39,274 nucleotides of DNA from Octopus bimaculoides (GCF_001194135.2 NC_068985.1:58824129-58863402), one strand, 5' to 3'. Positions 1 to 11,925 are shown, numbered from the stretch's first letter. The notes: generated by a model from the letters alone, not told the origin. Numbers and translations: made by a program.

Positions 1-262
1 TGATGGGACAGACTTTATTGTTACTGGTGTTTTCCCTATCTTCCTGTAGAAATTTTTGGGGTTATTTTTGAACATGTTATTATCTCGGAAGAATTTAACA
101 CGCTTTTCATACCTTGCTATGCGGGCAGCTTTAGCACATACCTTTTGCTTGATGGTTTCTATGGTGGCATCAATGTCAACTATGGTTTTCATGTTATATT
201 TTTTCTTTAGTTTTTGGGTCTTTGTAGGTTTGATACTCTTGTCAAATTTAAGGTTTTTCAAA

Positions 263-264
<2 letters not shown>
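1..264 (-). mobile_element. R4/Dong-clade non-LTR retrotransposon fragment (region N-terminal to RT), 5'-truncated, runs off the window edge
   Basis: My translation of 264..1 (-) is an open 88-codon frame: ...IETIKQKVCAKAARIARYEKRVKFFRDNNMFKNNPKNFYRKIGK. This fits the R4/Dong pre-RT pattern (KQKLxAxAxRLxRY...NxLFxxNxKxFYR). The frame starts directly at the (TAA)n tract. Confidence 0.7.
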
Positions 265-349
<85 letters not shown>

Positions 350-373
350 CATTATTATTATTATCATTATTAT
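265..373. repeat. (TTA)n/(TAA)n microsatellite with TCA interruptions
   Basis: Direct reading. Confidence 0.97.
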
Positions 374-374
374 A

Positions 375-1285
375 TTCTTTTCCTTCATTGGGCATGAGGT
401 CCGAACACCAAATAAAAAGAACAATACATAAAATAAGAGACAAGAGCAGTGGAGCACGAAACACGTGTAAACGAAAAAATAATAATAACAATTAACATTT
501 GAGTTCAAATCATATAAGGGGAGTTCTACACTAAGGCAACGGGGGAAACCCCACACATCCTGGTCACCCCGATCTCTAAGAGCATACTAGGTAGGCAGGT
601 ACCCCTCTCTTTCTCCTCTTCACTGGCTTACAGGCTCATTTACAGAGTAGGCCGACTCACATGGGCCATTCCCTCCTCATTCACCTACCTTCCAACAAAT
701 TATTTGTGAGTAGCACTCTCCTCTCCAACTTCACTTTCCTTACAAGGGGAAATTAACGACATCCATGTGGGCTTGGCCGAAGAGAAAAGTAGCTGAGTAC
801 ATTCCTTTCAACTTCGTTCAGTACACTACTTCTTTCGCAGTAGGCACTAGATCGAGGAAAACTATACTCTTCTCGGTCAAAAGAAGATGGTGAGGCAATC
901 TTCATGATGCACTCAGACGATAACCGGATCAGCCCTACACGTGACAATAGCTCCACAAATCAACAATGCCTGAACAATGGTGGAACCCATGTACAACAGC
1001 TTCATCGCTCTGCGCGCATCGCGTACAGATTCATCTGGTAGCATCTAGGTGCCTATTGAGGTTGTCTCGAACTGGCAGATCCCCGGTGTAGCAATTACAG
1101 GCTAAGGATTTCTGGAAATTATCTACAAGCCCGTCCCAAAATTTCTCCGGGGGGCAAGGTAAATGATTTCTCCCAACGCCCAGAGTTTCCCCGAGTAAAT
1201 TGTCGCTCATGCGTGCCACTGATCCCACATAGAACTCCAATGTAGAACTTCTACCGATTGCATGGCTCCACTGAGTGAAAGATAG
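375..1285 (-). mobile_element. L1/Tx1-type LINE 3' fragment (ORF2 C-terminus with CCHC zinc knuckle plus 3' UTR), degraded
   Basis: Minus strand reads DNFQKSLACNCYTGDLPVRDNLNRH..*ICTRCAQSDEAVVHGFHHC (CxxC..E..H...C knuckle at 1027-974), then a degraded LVxxAKEVVY*TKLKG-like motif. It has in-frame stops. The 3' boundary near 375 is approximate. Confidence 0.65.
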
Positions 1286-1862
1286 AGGGAGAGAGAGTGA
1301 GAGAAGTGAGAGAAGTGAGCACTTGCCGGCACTCCAAATGCCAAGCGCTTTTTTTTGTTCTACACTTGAACCAGAACTGTAAATCCGTCAATGAGATGTG
1401 CTACGGAAAATACCGTCTGACAAACAGCGGCCACAACTGCTGGGAGAAACGCTGGAGATGTTATTATTGTTGTTACTCTTGCCGCTACCGCCGTGCTCTC
1501 CGCATTGCTCCTTCTTATTTAGTGGAATGAGTGAAAGAAGAAGAGATAAGTCTTCGGTTATTGAAGGGATTTGTGGGAGAAACGATTCTCTTCCCTCAAT
1601 GTTCCAATAATGGGTGTTGTTGGTGCCATCTTGTATATTGACTTTTTTTAACACTGGGAGAATGTTTCCTTAGAAAACCAAATATTGCCCTTTACGGGAA
1701 AAAAACCACCGAAGGGCATCAGTTAATATATTCCTGGTGCTCGTAATGACCAGTTGTAAGAAAATGTTTAACGAAATCCGACACCAAACGGATGAAAACA
1801 TATATTTTAAACGAGACTTAAGGAGAGTGTTCGAAAAAAACATGTGACGTTTACCGTTGCAA

Positions 1863-1868
1863 ATAATA

Positions 1869-1919
<51 letters not shown>

Positions 1920-1943
1920 ATGATGATGATGTTGGTGATGATG

Positions 1944-1980
<37 letters not shown>
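1863..1980. repeat. Compound (GAT)n/(AAT)n microsatellite
   Basis: Direct reading; runs into the gap. Confidence 0.97.
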
Positions 1981-2773
1981 NNNNNNNNNNNNNNNNNNNN
2001 NNNNNNNNNNNNNNNNNNNNNNNNNNNNNNNNNNNNNNNNNNNNNNNNNNNNNNNNNNNNNNNNNNNNNNNNNNNNNNNNNNNNNNNNNNNNNNNNNNNN
2101 NNNNNNNNNNNNNNNNNNNNNNNNNNNNNNNNNNNNNNNNNNNNNNNNNNNNNNNNNNNNNNNNNNNNNNNNNNNNNNNNNNNNNNNNNNNNNNNNNNNN
2201 NNNNNNNNNNNNNNNNNNNNNNNNNNNNNNNNNNNNNNNNNNNNNNNNNNNNNNNNNNNNNNNNNNNNNNNNNNNNNNNNNNNNNNNNNNNNNNNNNNNN
2301 NNNNNNNNNNNNNNNNNNNNNNNNNNNNNNNNNNNNNNNNNNNNNNNNNNNNNNNNNNNNNNNNNNNNNNNNNNNNNNNNNNNNNNNNNNNNNNNNNNNN
2401 NNNNNNNNNNNNNNNNNNNNNNNNNNNNNNNNNNNNNNNNNNNNNNNNNNNNNNNNNNNNNNNNNNNNNNNNNNNNNNNNNNNNNNNNNNNNNNNNNNNN
2501 NNNNNNNNNNNNNNNNNNNNNNNNNNNNNNNNNNNNNNNNNNNNNNNNNNNNNNNNNNNNNNNNNNNNNNNNNNNNNNNNNNNNNNNNNNNNNNNNNNNN
2601 NNNNNNNNNNNNNNNNNNNNNNNNNNNNNNNNNNNNNNNNNNNNNNNNNNNNNNNNNNNNNNNNNNNNNNNNNNNNNNNNNNNNNNNNNNNNNNNNNNNN
2701 NNNNNNNNNNNNNNNNNNNNNNNNNNNNNNNNNNNNNNNNNNNNNNNNNNNNNNNNNNNNNNNNNNNNNNNNN
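1981..2773. other. Assembly gap (N-run)
   Basis: Ns. Confidence 1.
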
Positions 2774-2876
2774 AGGAGGAGGAGGAGAAGAAGAAGAAGA
2801 AGAAGAAGAAGAAGAAGAAGAAGAAGAAGAAGAAGAAGAAGAAGAAGAAGAAGAAGAAGAAGAAGAAGAAGAAGAA
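2774..2876. repeat. (GGA)n/(GAA)n microsatellite
   Basis: Direct reading. Confidence 0.97.
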
Positions 2877-3243
2877 AGGGCATAAGTAGATGAATGGTTG
2901 TTAAATTTAGAAATTAATTAATATACTAATTAGATGTCTCTAATAAGGAAATACAAATAAAGTTAAAAGTACATGAGATAAAATGATACTTGTAAAGTAA
3001 TTCCATCCTTTATAGAATTTCTTATAGAAACATTTACCTGAAATAGCATCATATTTGGTTCAGATGATCCTGGAGAATTCCATTCTCTTTATTCAGATTC
3101 ACGATATCTGGTATTCTTGATTTGTCAGAAGTAATAAAGCCACATATTAAATGTATTGTTCTAATAGTTAGTTGTGTAACTCTATATTCTGAGTTCAAAT
3201 GCTGTCCAAGTTATAATATTGTATTTAATATTTCCCTATATAT

Positions 3244-3463
3244 AAGACAGTGATATGGCAGACTCGTTAGCACGCTAGGCATAATGCTTAGCGGCATTTC
3301 GTCTGTCTTTACGTACTGAGTTCAAATTTCGCCGAGTCTGACTTTCCTTGTCATCCTTCGAATGTCGATAAAATAAGTACCAGTTGAACATTGGGATCGA
3401 TGTAATCGACTGAACCCCTCCCCCGAAATTGCTGGACTTGTGCCAAAATCTGAAATCAATATT
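3244..3463 (+). mobile_element. tRNA-derived SINE, family A (working label), near full length
   Basis: Head TGGCAGAxTCGTTAG, B-box-like GAGTTCAAATT at 3318, body GTCGATAAAATAAGTACCAG...GATCGATGTAATCGACT, tail TGAAAxCAATATT. Similar copies at 15303, 27160, 30038 and 30250. Confidence 0.85.
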
Positions 3464-3474
3464 TCCCGAAATAT

Positions 3475-3564
3475 AAGGCGCTGACGTGGCAGAATCGTTA
3501 GCACACGGAGCATAATGCATAGCGGCATTTGTCCGTCTTCATATTCTGAGATCAGTTTGACCTT
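3475..3564 (+). mobile_element. SINE family A, 5' part only (tandem second copy)
   Basis: AAGGCGCTGACGTGGCAGAATCGTTAGCAC...GCGGCATTT matches the head of the copy at 3244. Confidence 0.8.
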
Positions 3565-5249
3565 GTGCGAAAATTTAAAACTAATATTATAGTGTTATGT
3601 AAAACAAATATTGGCCAGGTACTTATTTTCTTTTACTTGAATTACAAAAGGAAATCTGTACAAGTAGCAGGAAGAAGAAAGGAAGCAGGACATACATTCG
3701 AATGTTTTTCGACAGAATGGAATCAGTTGCACGTAACTTAGATCACTATCATCACTTGATGACAGTAACCGCTTCCAATGGATTGAATAACCGAGTGTTT
3801 CTTTCTCCAACAAGATTGTCGTTGTTGTTTACTTAGAAATATTTTTTTTTTAAATCAATATTTCTAAACTTGTAAGTAATAAGTCATTGTTGTTTTCCTT
3901 TTTTTCTTTTTGCGACTTACTTCACGTTTGATTCTATTCAAGAAAATAGTCTTATATATTTTTCCGTATCAATTTCGAAATTAGATATACATAACATATT
4001 ACTGGAATGTAAAACTCTACAATATTTTAGAACTAATTTAATACTGACGTATGTAATCTTGATTTAATTTTCAGTCTAAAATTACTGCTTGTAATGTCTT
4101 TTATTTGATATTCAATTTTAAATTGAAAAACCTTAGCAGTTAATTCACTTAGAATTATTATGATTTTCAAGCATTCTTCTCATTAGTAATTTTTTGTCTC
4201 TTGCTCGCCGCATTATTATTTACTTGTCTAAGTTTTAAAGTTTTAGCTTCTTGTGGAACGTTTACAACAAAAAATGAAACATATTTCAAATGATCTTCAA
4301 TAGACTAAATGTCTAAAAGTCTAAAATTCAAGGTCAAAATCATTTTCCATGTCTATGTTTCCGATTCCTCTTAACCTCATTTTTACTTTGTCTTCAAATG
4401 CAAGACCCAAGTTTCAATTAAATTTGAAAATAATAAAGAATTTAATAAAATAACTTTATCATTTAAAATACCTTTGTTACCATGTTTCTGTTGAAACAAA
4501 CAACAAAATAACAGAAGTTGTCATTCCGTTGGCCGTCTTCTCTCATACGTATTGTTGTTGAAGATACATAAAGAAAAAAAACATTTTCTTTTGACTCACT
4601 TGTCCCGGTTATATTGATAGTTTTTGTCCAGATGTACATTCTCATGCCAATTATGAATATTGCTTCAAAAGAAACTATCTCTGTGTAAGAAGTATAATCA
4701 AACGGAAAATGTGTGTCAAACAGAAAAAAAAAACTATGCTGAATATATATTTATGAATCACACATTTTCAGTGTATTGCTTGAAGAAATTGTTTGTGTAC
4801 AGGAATGGAAGGAGGCCCTGGCAAACAATATGTAATAATATACTCAAAATAAAAATTTTGAAGTTATTATATACATGTAGATGTATACGGGTGCGATGGA
4901 CAAGCAATCCGTTTCGGAAGGAGTGATGAATTTTCAGGTACTAATATACCATAGTAACCGGATAAAACTCAGGCCTTGTAAGGTTTAGAGCTTGTAATAG
5001 ACACAGGGCTAAGTTTAGTATGCGTATGTGCCTGTGTGTATATGTGTGTGTGTGGGGGGGGGGGTTAGCTTTTAAATAAAAAAAATTCTCTCTCAGTTGA
5101 AGTATTTCTCAATACAGATTTACTAATGGTTTACAAGGAAAAGGCTAAAAGCAACATCGAAGTTTCGATTTGCTCACCAAGATCAGTTTGATGAAGTCGA
5201 GCAGGCTGAAAGCTGGAGATCACCGTTAAGCGTGTTCTTATGATATACA

Positions 5250-5410
5250 CTATATGCATGTGTGTGTATTTGTGTGTGTGTGCGAGTATGTGTATGTAAT
5301 ATAAATATATATATCCGCCTATATGCATGCGTACATGCGTACATGCGTACATACGTACGTGCATACATACATGCATACATACGTGCATACGGACATACAT
5401 ATATACATAC
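5250..5410. repeat. Degenerate (TG)n/(TATG)n/(CATA)n compound microsatellite
   Basis: Direct reading. Confidence 0.9.
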
Positions 5411-6456
5411 TATGCGAACGTTAGCACACGCATTTTCAATATCTTGCATGAAAAGTATGCCATTATTTAAAATGTTGATAACGGTGCATTGAAATCGTAC
5501 AAGAATTTCATCATTAAGTTATCGTGAGTGTGGTGTGAAAGTAATTACCCTGCATCAAGTCATTTACACAGAACAAAACTGAAGTTTTGGAGAATTGTAC
5601 AACAACGGTAAGTATTGATCAAGGAAAAAAGGGTGATATAGATTACTATTTTTATTAATGTAAAGAAGAAACGTCTAGAATGATAACGAGAGGCCCATGC
5701 AATAAACATTTTAATTAAGAATTAATTCTGTCTCAGCACAACAATTTGTTACTGAGCAAGTGTTTATTCCAATTGTCTGAATTGGTAAAAAAAAAAAAAG
5801 CACGTAATAATGAATGCATTGAAAATGGGTGATCAATAATCGACGAACAAAAGTAAGATACTTTGAAATACTTATGCTTGGAGCTCCCAAGAGATCTATA
5901 AATTTAAGGTAATATTTTGGTAAAGGCAAATTAAAAAGATATGTGAATGCGGGATGATATTTATCAGTGTTTCCTTAACAGTATTTCCGTTAAATGGAAA
6001 GTAATCGCGATTACAGAAATGGAAATTTTAAATAATCAAAAAATGGAGAAAGATATTTGATGAACAAATAAACAAACTGGACTGCATTTGTTTGATGATA
6101 AAAAGTTTTCTCCATTTTCTGATTATTTAAACTTCATTCCTGATAAGCTTTTGTTTATTCTGCTGTAACCTGTACCCCAACGAGCATAGTGTGCCTTCAT
6201 ACCCATGCTCAGGGATAGCTCAGGTAACTGATACCGATAGTAAATACGGATATTTTTATCCCTCAGTCGGTTACTACAACCACTAACTCTGCTTACCTTT
6301 ATATATATGTGTGTGTGTTCATGTGTGTGTGAGTGTGTGTGTGTGTGTGAGTGTGTATGGATGTAAGTAGGTATATATATATATATATATATAAACACAC
6401 ATATGAGTATACATCGCATAAGTAAAAAGGCTTTCTACTTTTGTGCATACAGTATC

Positions 6457-6871
6457 NNNNNNNNNNNNNNNNNNNNNNNNNNNNNNNNNNNNNNNNNNNN
6501 NNNNNNNNNNNNNNNNNNNNNNNNNNNNNNNNNNNNNNNNNNNNNNNNNNNNNNNNNNNNNNNNNNNNNNNNNNNNNNNNNNNNNNNNNNNNNNNNNNNN
6601 NNNNNNNNNNNNNNNNNNNNNNNNNNNNNNNNNNNNNNNNNNNNNNNNNNNNNNNNNNNNNNNNNNNNNNNNNNNNNNNNNNNNNNNNNNNNNNNNNNNN
6701 NNNNNNNNNNNNNNNNNNNNNNNNNNNNNNNNNNNNNNNNNNNNNNNNNNNNNNNNNNNNNNNNNNNNNNNNNNNNNNNNNNNNNNNNNNNNNNNNNNNN
6801 NNNNNNNNNNNNNNNNNNNNNNNNNNNNNNNNNNNNNNNNNNNNNNNNNNNNNNNNNNNNNNNNNNNNNNN
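6457..6871. other. Assembly gap
   Basis: Ns. Confidence 1.
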
Positions 6872-7205
6872 TATATATATATTTGTATGCATACATGTAT
6901 GTCAAGTCAGTCAAAGTGCTAAAGTTAAAATGTAACCCAACACAGCTTGTCTCACGGTCACCACAGTGATTATTGAGATATGTCTCTTGGAGAATGAAAC
7001 TCCGAAATAACACACGCTTCATTGCAAAGCCGCAGACCGTGCTCTTGCCTTTTCATTGACTACTTGTCTTTGTAGATGAGAGTTTACTCACAGACATTGC
7101 TGTTAACAGCTAGAACCTAGGTTCTAGATTATGATAATCTGTCAGTGATGGTCATACGTCCCTTGGACTTGACAGTGCCAATGTATACATGTATATAATA
7201 CATAC

Positions 7206-7261
<56 letters not shown>

Positions 7262-7940
7262 NNNNNNNNNNNNNNNNNNNNNNNNNNNNNNNNNNNNNNN
7301 NNNNNNNNNNNNNNNNNNNNNNNNNNNNNNNNNNNNNNNNNNNNNNNNNNNNNNNNNNNNNNNNNNNNNNNNNNNNNNNNNNNNNNNNNNNNNNNNNNNN
7401 NNNNNNNNNNNNNNNNNNNNNNNNNNNNNNNNNNNNNNNNNNNNNNNNNNNNNNNNNNNNNNNNNNNNNNNNNNNNNNNNNNNNNNNNNNNNNNNNNNNN
7501 NNNNNNNNNNNNNNNNNNNNNNNNNNNNNNNNNNNNNNNNNNNNNNNNNNNNNNNNNNNNNNNNNNNNNNNNNNNNNNNNNNNNNNNNNNNNNNNNNNNN
7601 NNNNNNNNNNNNNNNNNNNNNNNNNNNNNNNNNNNNNNNNNNNNNNNNNNNNNNNNNNNNNNNNNNNNNNNNNNNNNNNNNNNNNNNNNNNNNNNNNNNN
7701 NNNNNNNNNNNNNNNNNNNNNNNNNNNNNNNNNNNNNNNNNNNNNNNNNNNNNNNNNNNNNNNNNNNNNNNNNNNNNNNNNNNNNNNNNNNNNNNNNNNN
7801 NNNNNNNNNNNNNNNNNNNNNNNNNNNNNNNNNNNNNNNNNNNNNNNNNNNNNNNNNNNNNNNNNNNNNNNNNNNNNNNNNNNNNNNNNNNNNNNNNNNN
7901 NNNNNNNNNNNNNNNNNNNNNNNNNNNNNNNNNNNNNNNN
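7262..7940. other. Assembly gap flanked by (TA)n
   Basis: Ns. Confidence 1.
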
Positions 7941-8112
7941 ATATACACGGCGGGCTCCAAACAGTTTCCGTCTACTAAATTCACTCACTACCAAATTCAC
8001 TTTTGTCGGCCCGATGCTATAATAGAAGACATTTGCCCAAGGTGCCACGCACTGGGAATGAACCCGGAACCACGTGGCTGGTAAGCAAGCTACTTAACAC
8101 ACAGCCACAACT
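7941..8112 (-). mobile_element. tRNA-derived SINE, family B (working label), 5' half
   Basis: Reverse complement matches the head at 8839 (GTGGCTGTGTGxTAAGTAGC...GGTTCAxTCCCAxTGCGTGGCAxCTTGGGCAA). Confidence 0.85.
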
Positions 8113-8135
8113 GGGACTATATATATACAAATATG

Positions 8136-8172
<37 letters not shown>

Positions 8173-8174
<2 letters not shown>

Positions 8175-8392
8175 TAGTGCGTCTGTGTTTGCCCCCCCCC
8201 CACCATCGCTTGACAACCGATTTTGGTGTGTTTACGTCCCCCTCACCTAGCGGTTCGGCAAAACTGACCGATAGAATAAGTACTAGTCATATAAAGAATA
8301 AGTTCTGGGGTCGATTCGTTCGACTAAAGCGTTGCTCCAGCATGGCCGCAACCAAATGACTGAATCAAATATAATACTAAAAGAATAAGAAT
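8173..8392 (+). mobile_element. SINE family B, 3' half
   Basis: Matches about 9020-9213 (CATCGCTTGACAACCGAT...GACCGATAGAATAAGTACTAG...GGGGTCGATT...CATGGCCGCA...GACTGAA). Confidence 0.85.
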
Positions 8393-8838
8393 ATATATAC
8401 ACGTACTTGTTTGACTGATAAAAATACTACTCTCCCCCATCCCGTCTATAGTCCTTTAAGACAGGTTTTCATTTCTCAATCGCTTTTACCATTTTCGTCT
8501 TATTGTGCAGCGCTAAGGCCTTTTTATTGTTCATAGATTATTATCATTGGAATTGTTGTCTTCGTGTGGCTCTAAGCATTTATTCTGCTAGTTGTTTTGT
8601 GCCTCGTCCGTCGACTAACGTTCTCGTCTGGAGCCCATGTCGTTTTTGTTTTCTTATGTTTGGGTCCCATTCCTAGCAAGTCTTTTGCAGGTGCCTCCAG
8701 AGTGGAAGCATATTATCGATAATGGCCGAAATTGCGCTCGACCATGTGGCCGATAACTGAAGGGAAGCTGTGTGACTTTCTGTGTTTTCCGTGCGTCTGT
8801 GTATTTGGTATATGTTCTTGTGCTTGTTTACTACACGT

Positions 8839-9212
8839 TGAGCGGCTGTGTGGTAAGTAGCATGCTTACCAACCACATGGTACCGGGTTCAGTCCCACTG
8901 CGTGGCATCTTGGGCAAGTGTCTTCTACTATAGGCTCAGGATTTGGTAGACGGAAACTGAAAGAAGCCCGTCGTATATATGTATATGTATATATGTATGT
9001 GTGTATGTGTTTGTGTGTCTGTGTTTGTCCTCCCCTCCTAACATCGCTTGACAACCGATGCTGGTGCGTTTATGTCTCCGTAACTTAGCGGTTCGGCAAA
9101 AGAGACCGATAGAATAAGTACTAGGCTTCTAAAGAATAAGTCCTAGGGTCGATTTGCTCGACTAAAGGCATGGCCACAGTCAAAAGACTGAAACAAGTAA
9201 AAGAGTAAAAGA

Positions 9213-9213
<1 letters not shown>
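8839..9213 (+). mobile_element. SINE family B, full length with internal (TA/TG)n and two small deletions
   Basis: tRNA-like head with B-box GGTTCAGTCC at 8886-8895, internal microsatellite, 3' body ending AAAAGAGTAAAAGAG. Colinear with the copy at 16695-17105 (-). Confidence 0.9.
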
Positions 9214-9251
<38 letters not shown>

Positions 9252-9444
9252 TGCATGTATGTATATATTCTGATGAATGATTTGGAATGTATGTGTCCGT
9301 GATTCTGTGTTACCGTGTGCGTATTGTGTGTAAAGAATGCTATATATCCTTCGGCAATAAATAGGCAATCCTTTTTCAAATATCTTCATTATATGATAAG
9401 TCTAGTTATAACCTGTTTCTTTCTCGAAGACTGGAATAAGAGAT

Positions 9445-9610
9445 ACTATGTATATGCGTGTGTGTGTGTGTGTGTGCGAGTGCGTGTATGTGTGTGTGTC
9501 TGTGATTTTGTATGTATGCATATATATATATATATACATACATATTTATTCATACACATATACATGCATGCCCATGCGCTTACAGGTGCACACAGAGTCA
9601 CATACATCCT

Positions 9611-9651
<41 letters not shown>

Positions 9652-9672
9652 GTGAATATATGTATACACACA
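9445..9672. repeat. Compound (TG)n/(TA)n tract
   Basis: Direct reading. Confidence 0.9.
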
Positions 9673-10028
9673 CATTGTTAAAGTACCTGTCAAATCATGA
9701 CGCGACACGTTCAAAGGAAACACTTTGTACATTCTTGCAAGTATCAAAATGATATATATCTGCCTTAAATTAATTCTTTTTATAAATCCTTTCATATTTG
9801 ATTCTCATGATGTCGCTTCGTGACTGGACTGTGTACTCTCATCTGTCTTCCAGTCATCAGTTGTTGGTATTTGTTATGTTGTAAGTCTACAACTAAAGTA
9901 AAATGTTTTATATTACACAATACACACCTGAAATTGAAACACAAAAGTTTTCGTAATACACACACACACATTTATGTATGTATGTATATATGTATGTATG
10001 TATGTATGTATGCATGCATGCATGTATG

Positions 10029-10060
<32 letters not shown>

Positions 10061-10299
10061 AGTCTTTGTGAAAATTACTTGAAACAGTTTTATTAAGTAT
10101 AAAAAAGGTCTTATTTTAAAATTATTTCTTTCAAAAATGTTATAAATTCTTTACCAGAGAGTCACTAACCTCCGTGAAAGGAGTTTCTTTGTAGTGTATG
10201 CAAGCGCTTCGATTATCTTTAGAAACACATGTATTCTTGGATAATGTGTGAAAGAGGAAGTTGGCTTTACTTATAGTAACAGCCATTGATGTAAAAATG

Positions 10300-10316
10300 T
10301 AAGTATATATATTTAC

Positions 10317-10373
<57 letters not shown>

Positions 10374-10560
10374 TATATATGTGTATATATGTGTGTGTGC
10401 ATATGTATGTATATATATAAGTATATATGTGCGTTTGTGTATATATATAAATATGTATATATATATATATATGTGTGTATATATACATATGTATATATAT
10501 TTATATATACGTATATATATGTATATATAGAGAGAGACATTGAGAGAGAGGGGGAGAGTG
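10300..10560. repeat. Compound (TA)n/(TG)n/(GA)n tract
   Basis: Direct reading. Confidence 0.9.
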
Positions 10561-11029
10561 AGAAGTGAGACAGATGGATAGTGAGAGCACATTCACCAGT
10601 TATTGCTACCAAACGACATCCGCAGAACTGCGATTTCGTCGCTGGATATACGTAAGGATTTCCTAGGTGCACGTTGGGTATATTTGAAATGATTTATAAG
10701 GAAGACGCATTGTAACTAGAAACTTTCTTTCGTACATCAATCGTTTAGGCTGCCTTCTGCCCTGCTCCATATCGAGTGAGGTACGATATAATGACATCAG
10801 ATGCATTTCCCAGGGCGAGGAGTCTCATCAGGTGATGTAATAGGCTTCAAAATCATAAGATTTACATTTCGCTTCAAGCTAGATGTTGGTATTATTATGG
10901 TGTGCTGCTAGTAGTTCACATACTTTGGTGAAGTATGGGTACTTGAACATCCAGCATCAAAAATTACATGCCTAAATGTCCAAAATATGTCTATGTATGT
11001 GGTTGAATATACAATTGCATCTATTTCAT

Positions 11030-11804
11030 CCTTGTGTATGCGTATATATATATATAGGTATACATATGTATGTATATACGTACGTGCCTGTATGTGTGTG
11101 TATATGTGTGCATGTAAGCAAATGTGGGCTTATCCACACGTGTATTAAAACATTCATCTGCGCATGTATATATATATATGTATTGGGCTGTGCCAACCTA
11201 CGTAGCTATAGGCCTATCTTTATATCTACGTACGATTGCACATGCGTATGTATGTATCGGTGTACCTATATACCTATGAAGCAATGTAAACGTCGATATG
11301 TGTCTATGTATATATCTCCACAGGAATATATCTACGAGTGTATTTTTCTAACTTAGTATACATTCACCCTTGTATATGTCTGTGCTTGTATATATGTACG
11401 CACGCTATATAAATATATTTATATATTTATATAAGTATATTTTTATATGTATGTTTGAGTGTGTATGTGTGTGCGTGTGTGAGTGTATATGTGTGTGTCT
11501 CTACATATGTACATATGTGTGTGTGTGTGTGCACAATATGTATGTGTGTAGGTGTTGGTGTATGTGTAAAAATACATTGATACGTTCATGCATATACGCT
11601 GAATGGCACCAGTGCGTACACATCACATGTATGTATATGTGTCTGCATGTGCGTACATTAATGTGTCTAATATATATATGCGGTGGTGTGTATCGACAGG
11701 GTTAGTGATGTCTATATGCATATAAACATGGAGGGATGGACGGCATCTCTGTGTATTTATATATGCACACACTCACATATGTATGTGTGTGTGTCTTCGT
11801 ATTG

Positions 11805-11873
<69 letters not shown>

Positions 11874-11887
11874 ATATATGTGTGTGC

Positions 11888-11925
<38 letters not shown>

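Noticed and set aside
56-556. ORFs with poly-Y/L/I/N tracts
   Set aside because: They are translations of the (TTA)n microsatellite. The meaningful frame is the minus-strand Dong fragment, which lacks an ATG.
1398-1610. ORF with a signal-peptide-like MLLLLLLLPLPP
   Set aside because: It derives from a short TTA/TTG run, with no splice or homology support.
1844-2893. Long ORFs spanning N-runs (also at 6.3-8.0, 13.8-14.2, 17.8-18.4, 26.5-26.9, 31.7-32.7 and 33.3-34.0 kb)
   Set aside because: Length is inflated by Ns translated as X and by flanking microsatellites.
5188-5212. TTGATGA-AGTC..GGCT-GAAA hammerhead look-alike
   Set aside because: C3 is missing, and stems I and III cannot be formed.
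10616-10652. GC hairpin followed by CTGG (Helitron 3' end?)
   Set aside because: It is not followed by T, there is no 5' TC end or other copy, and the loop is only 2 nt.
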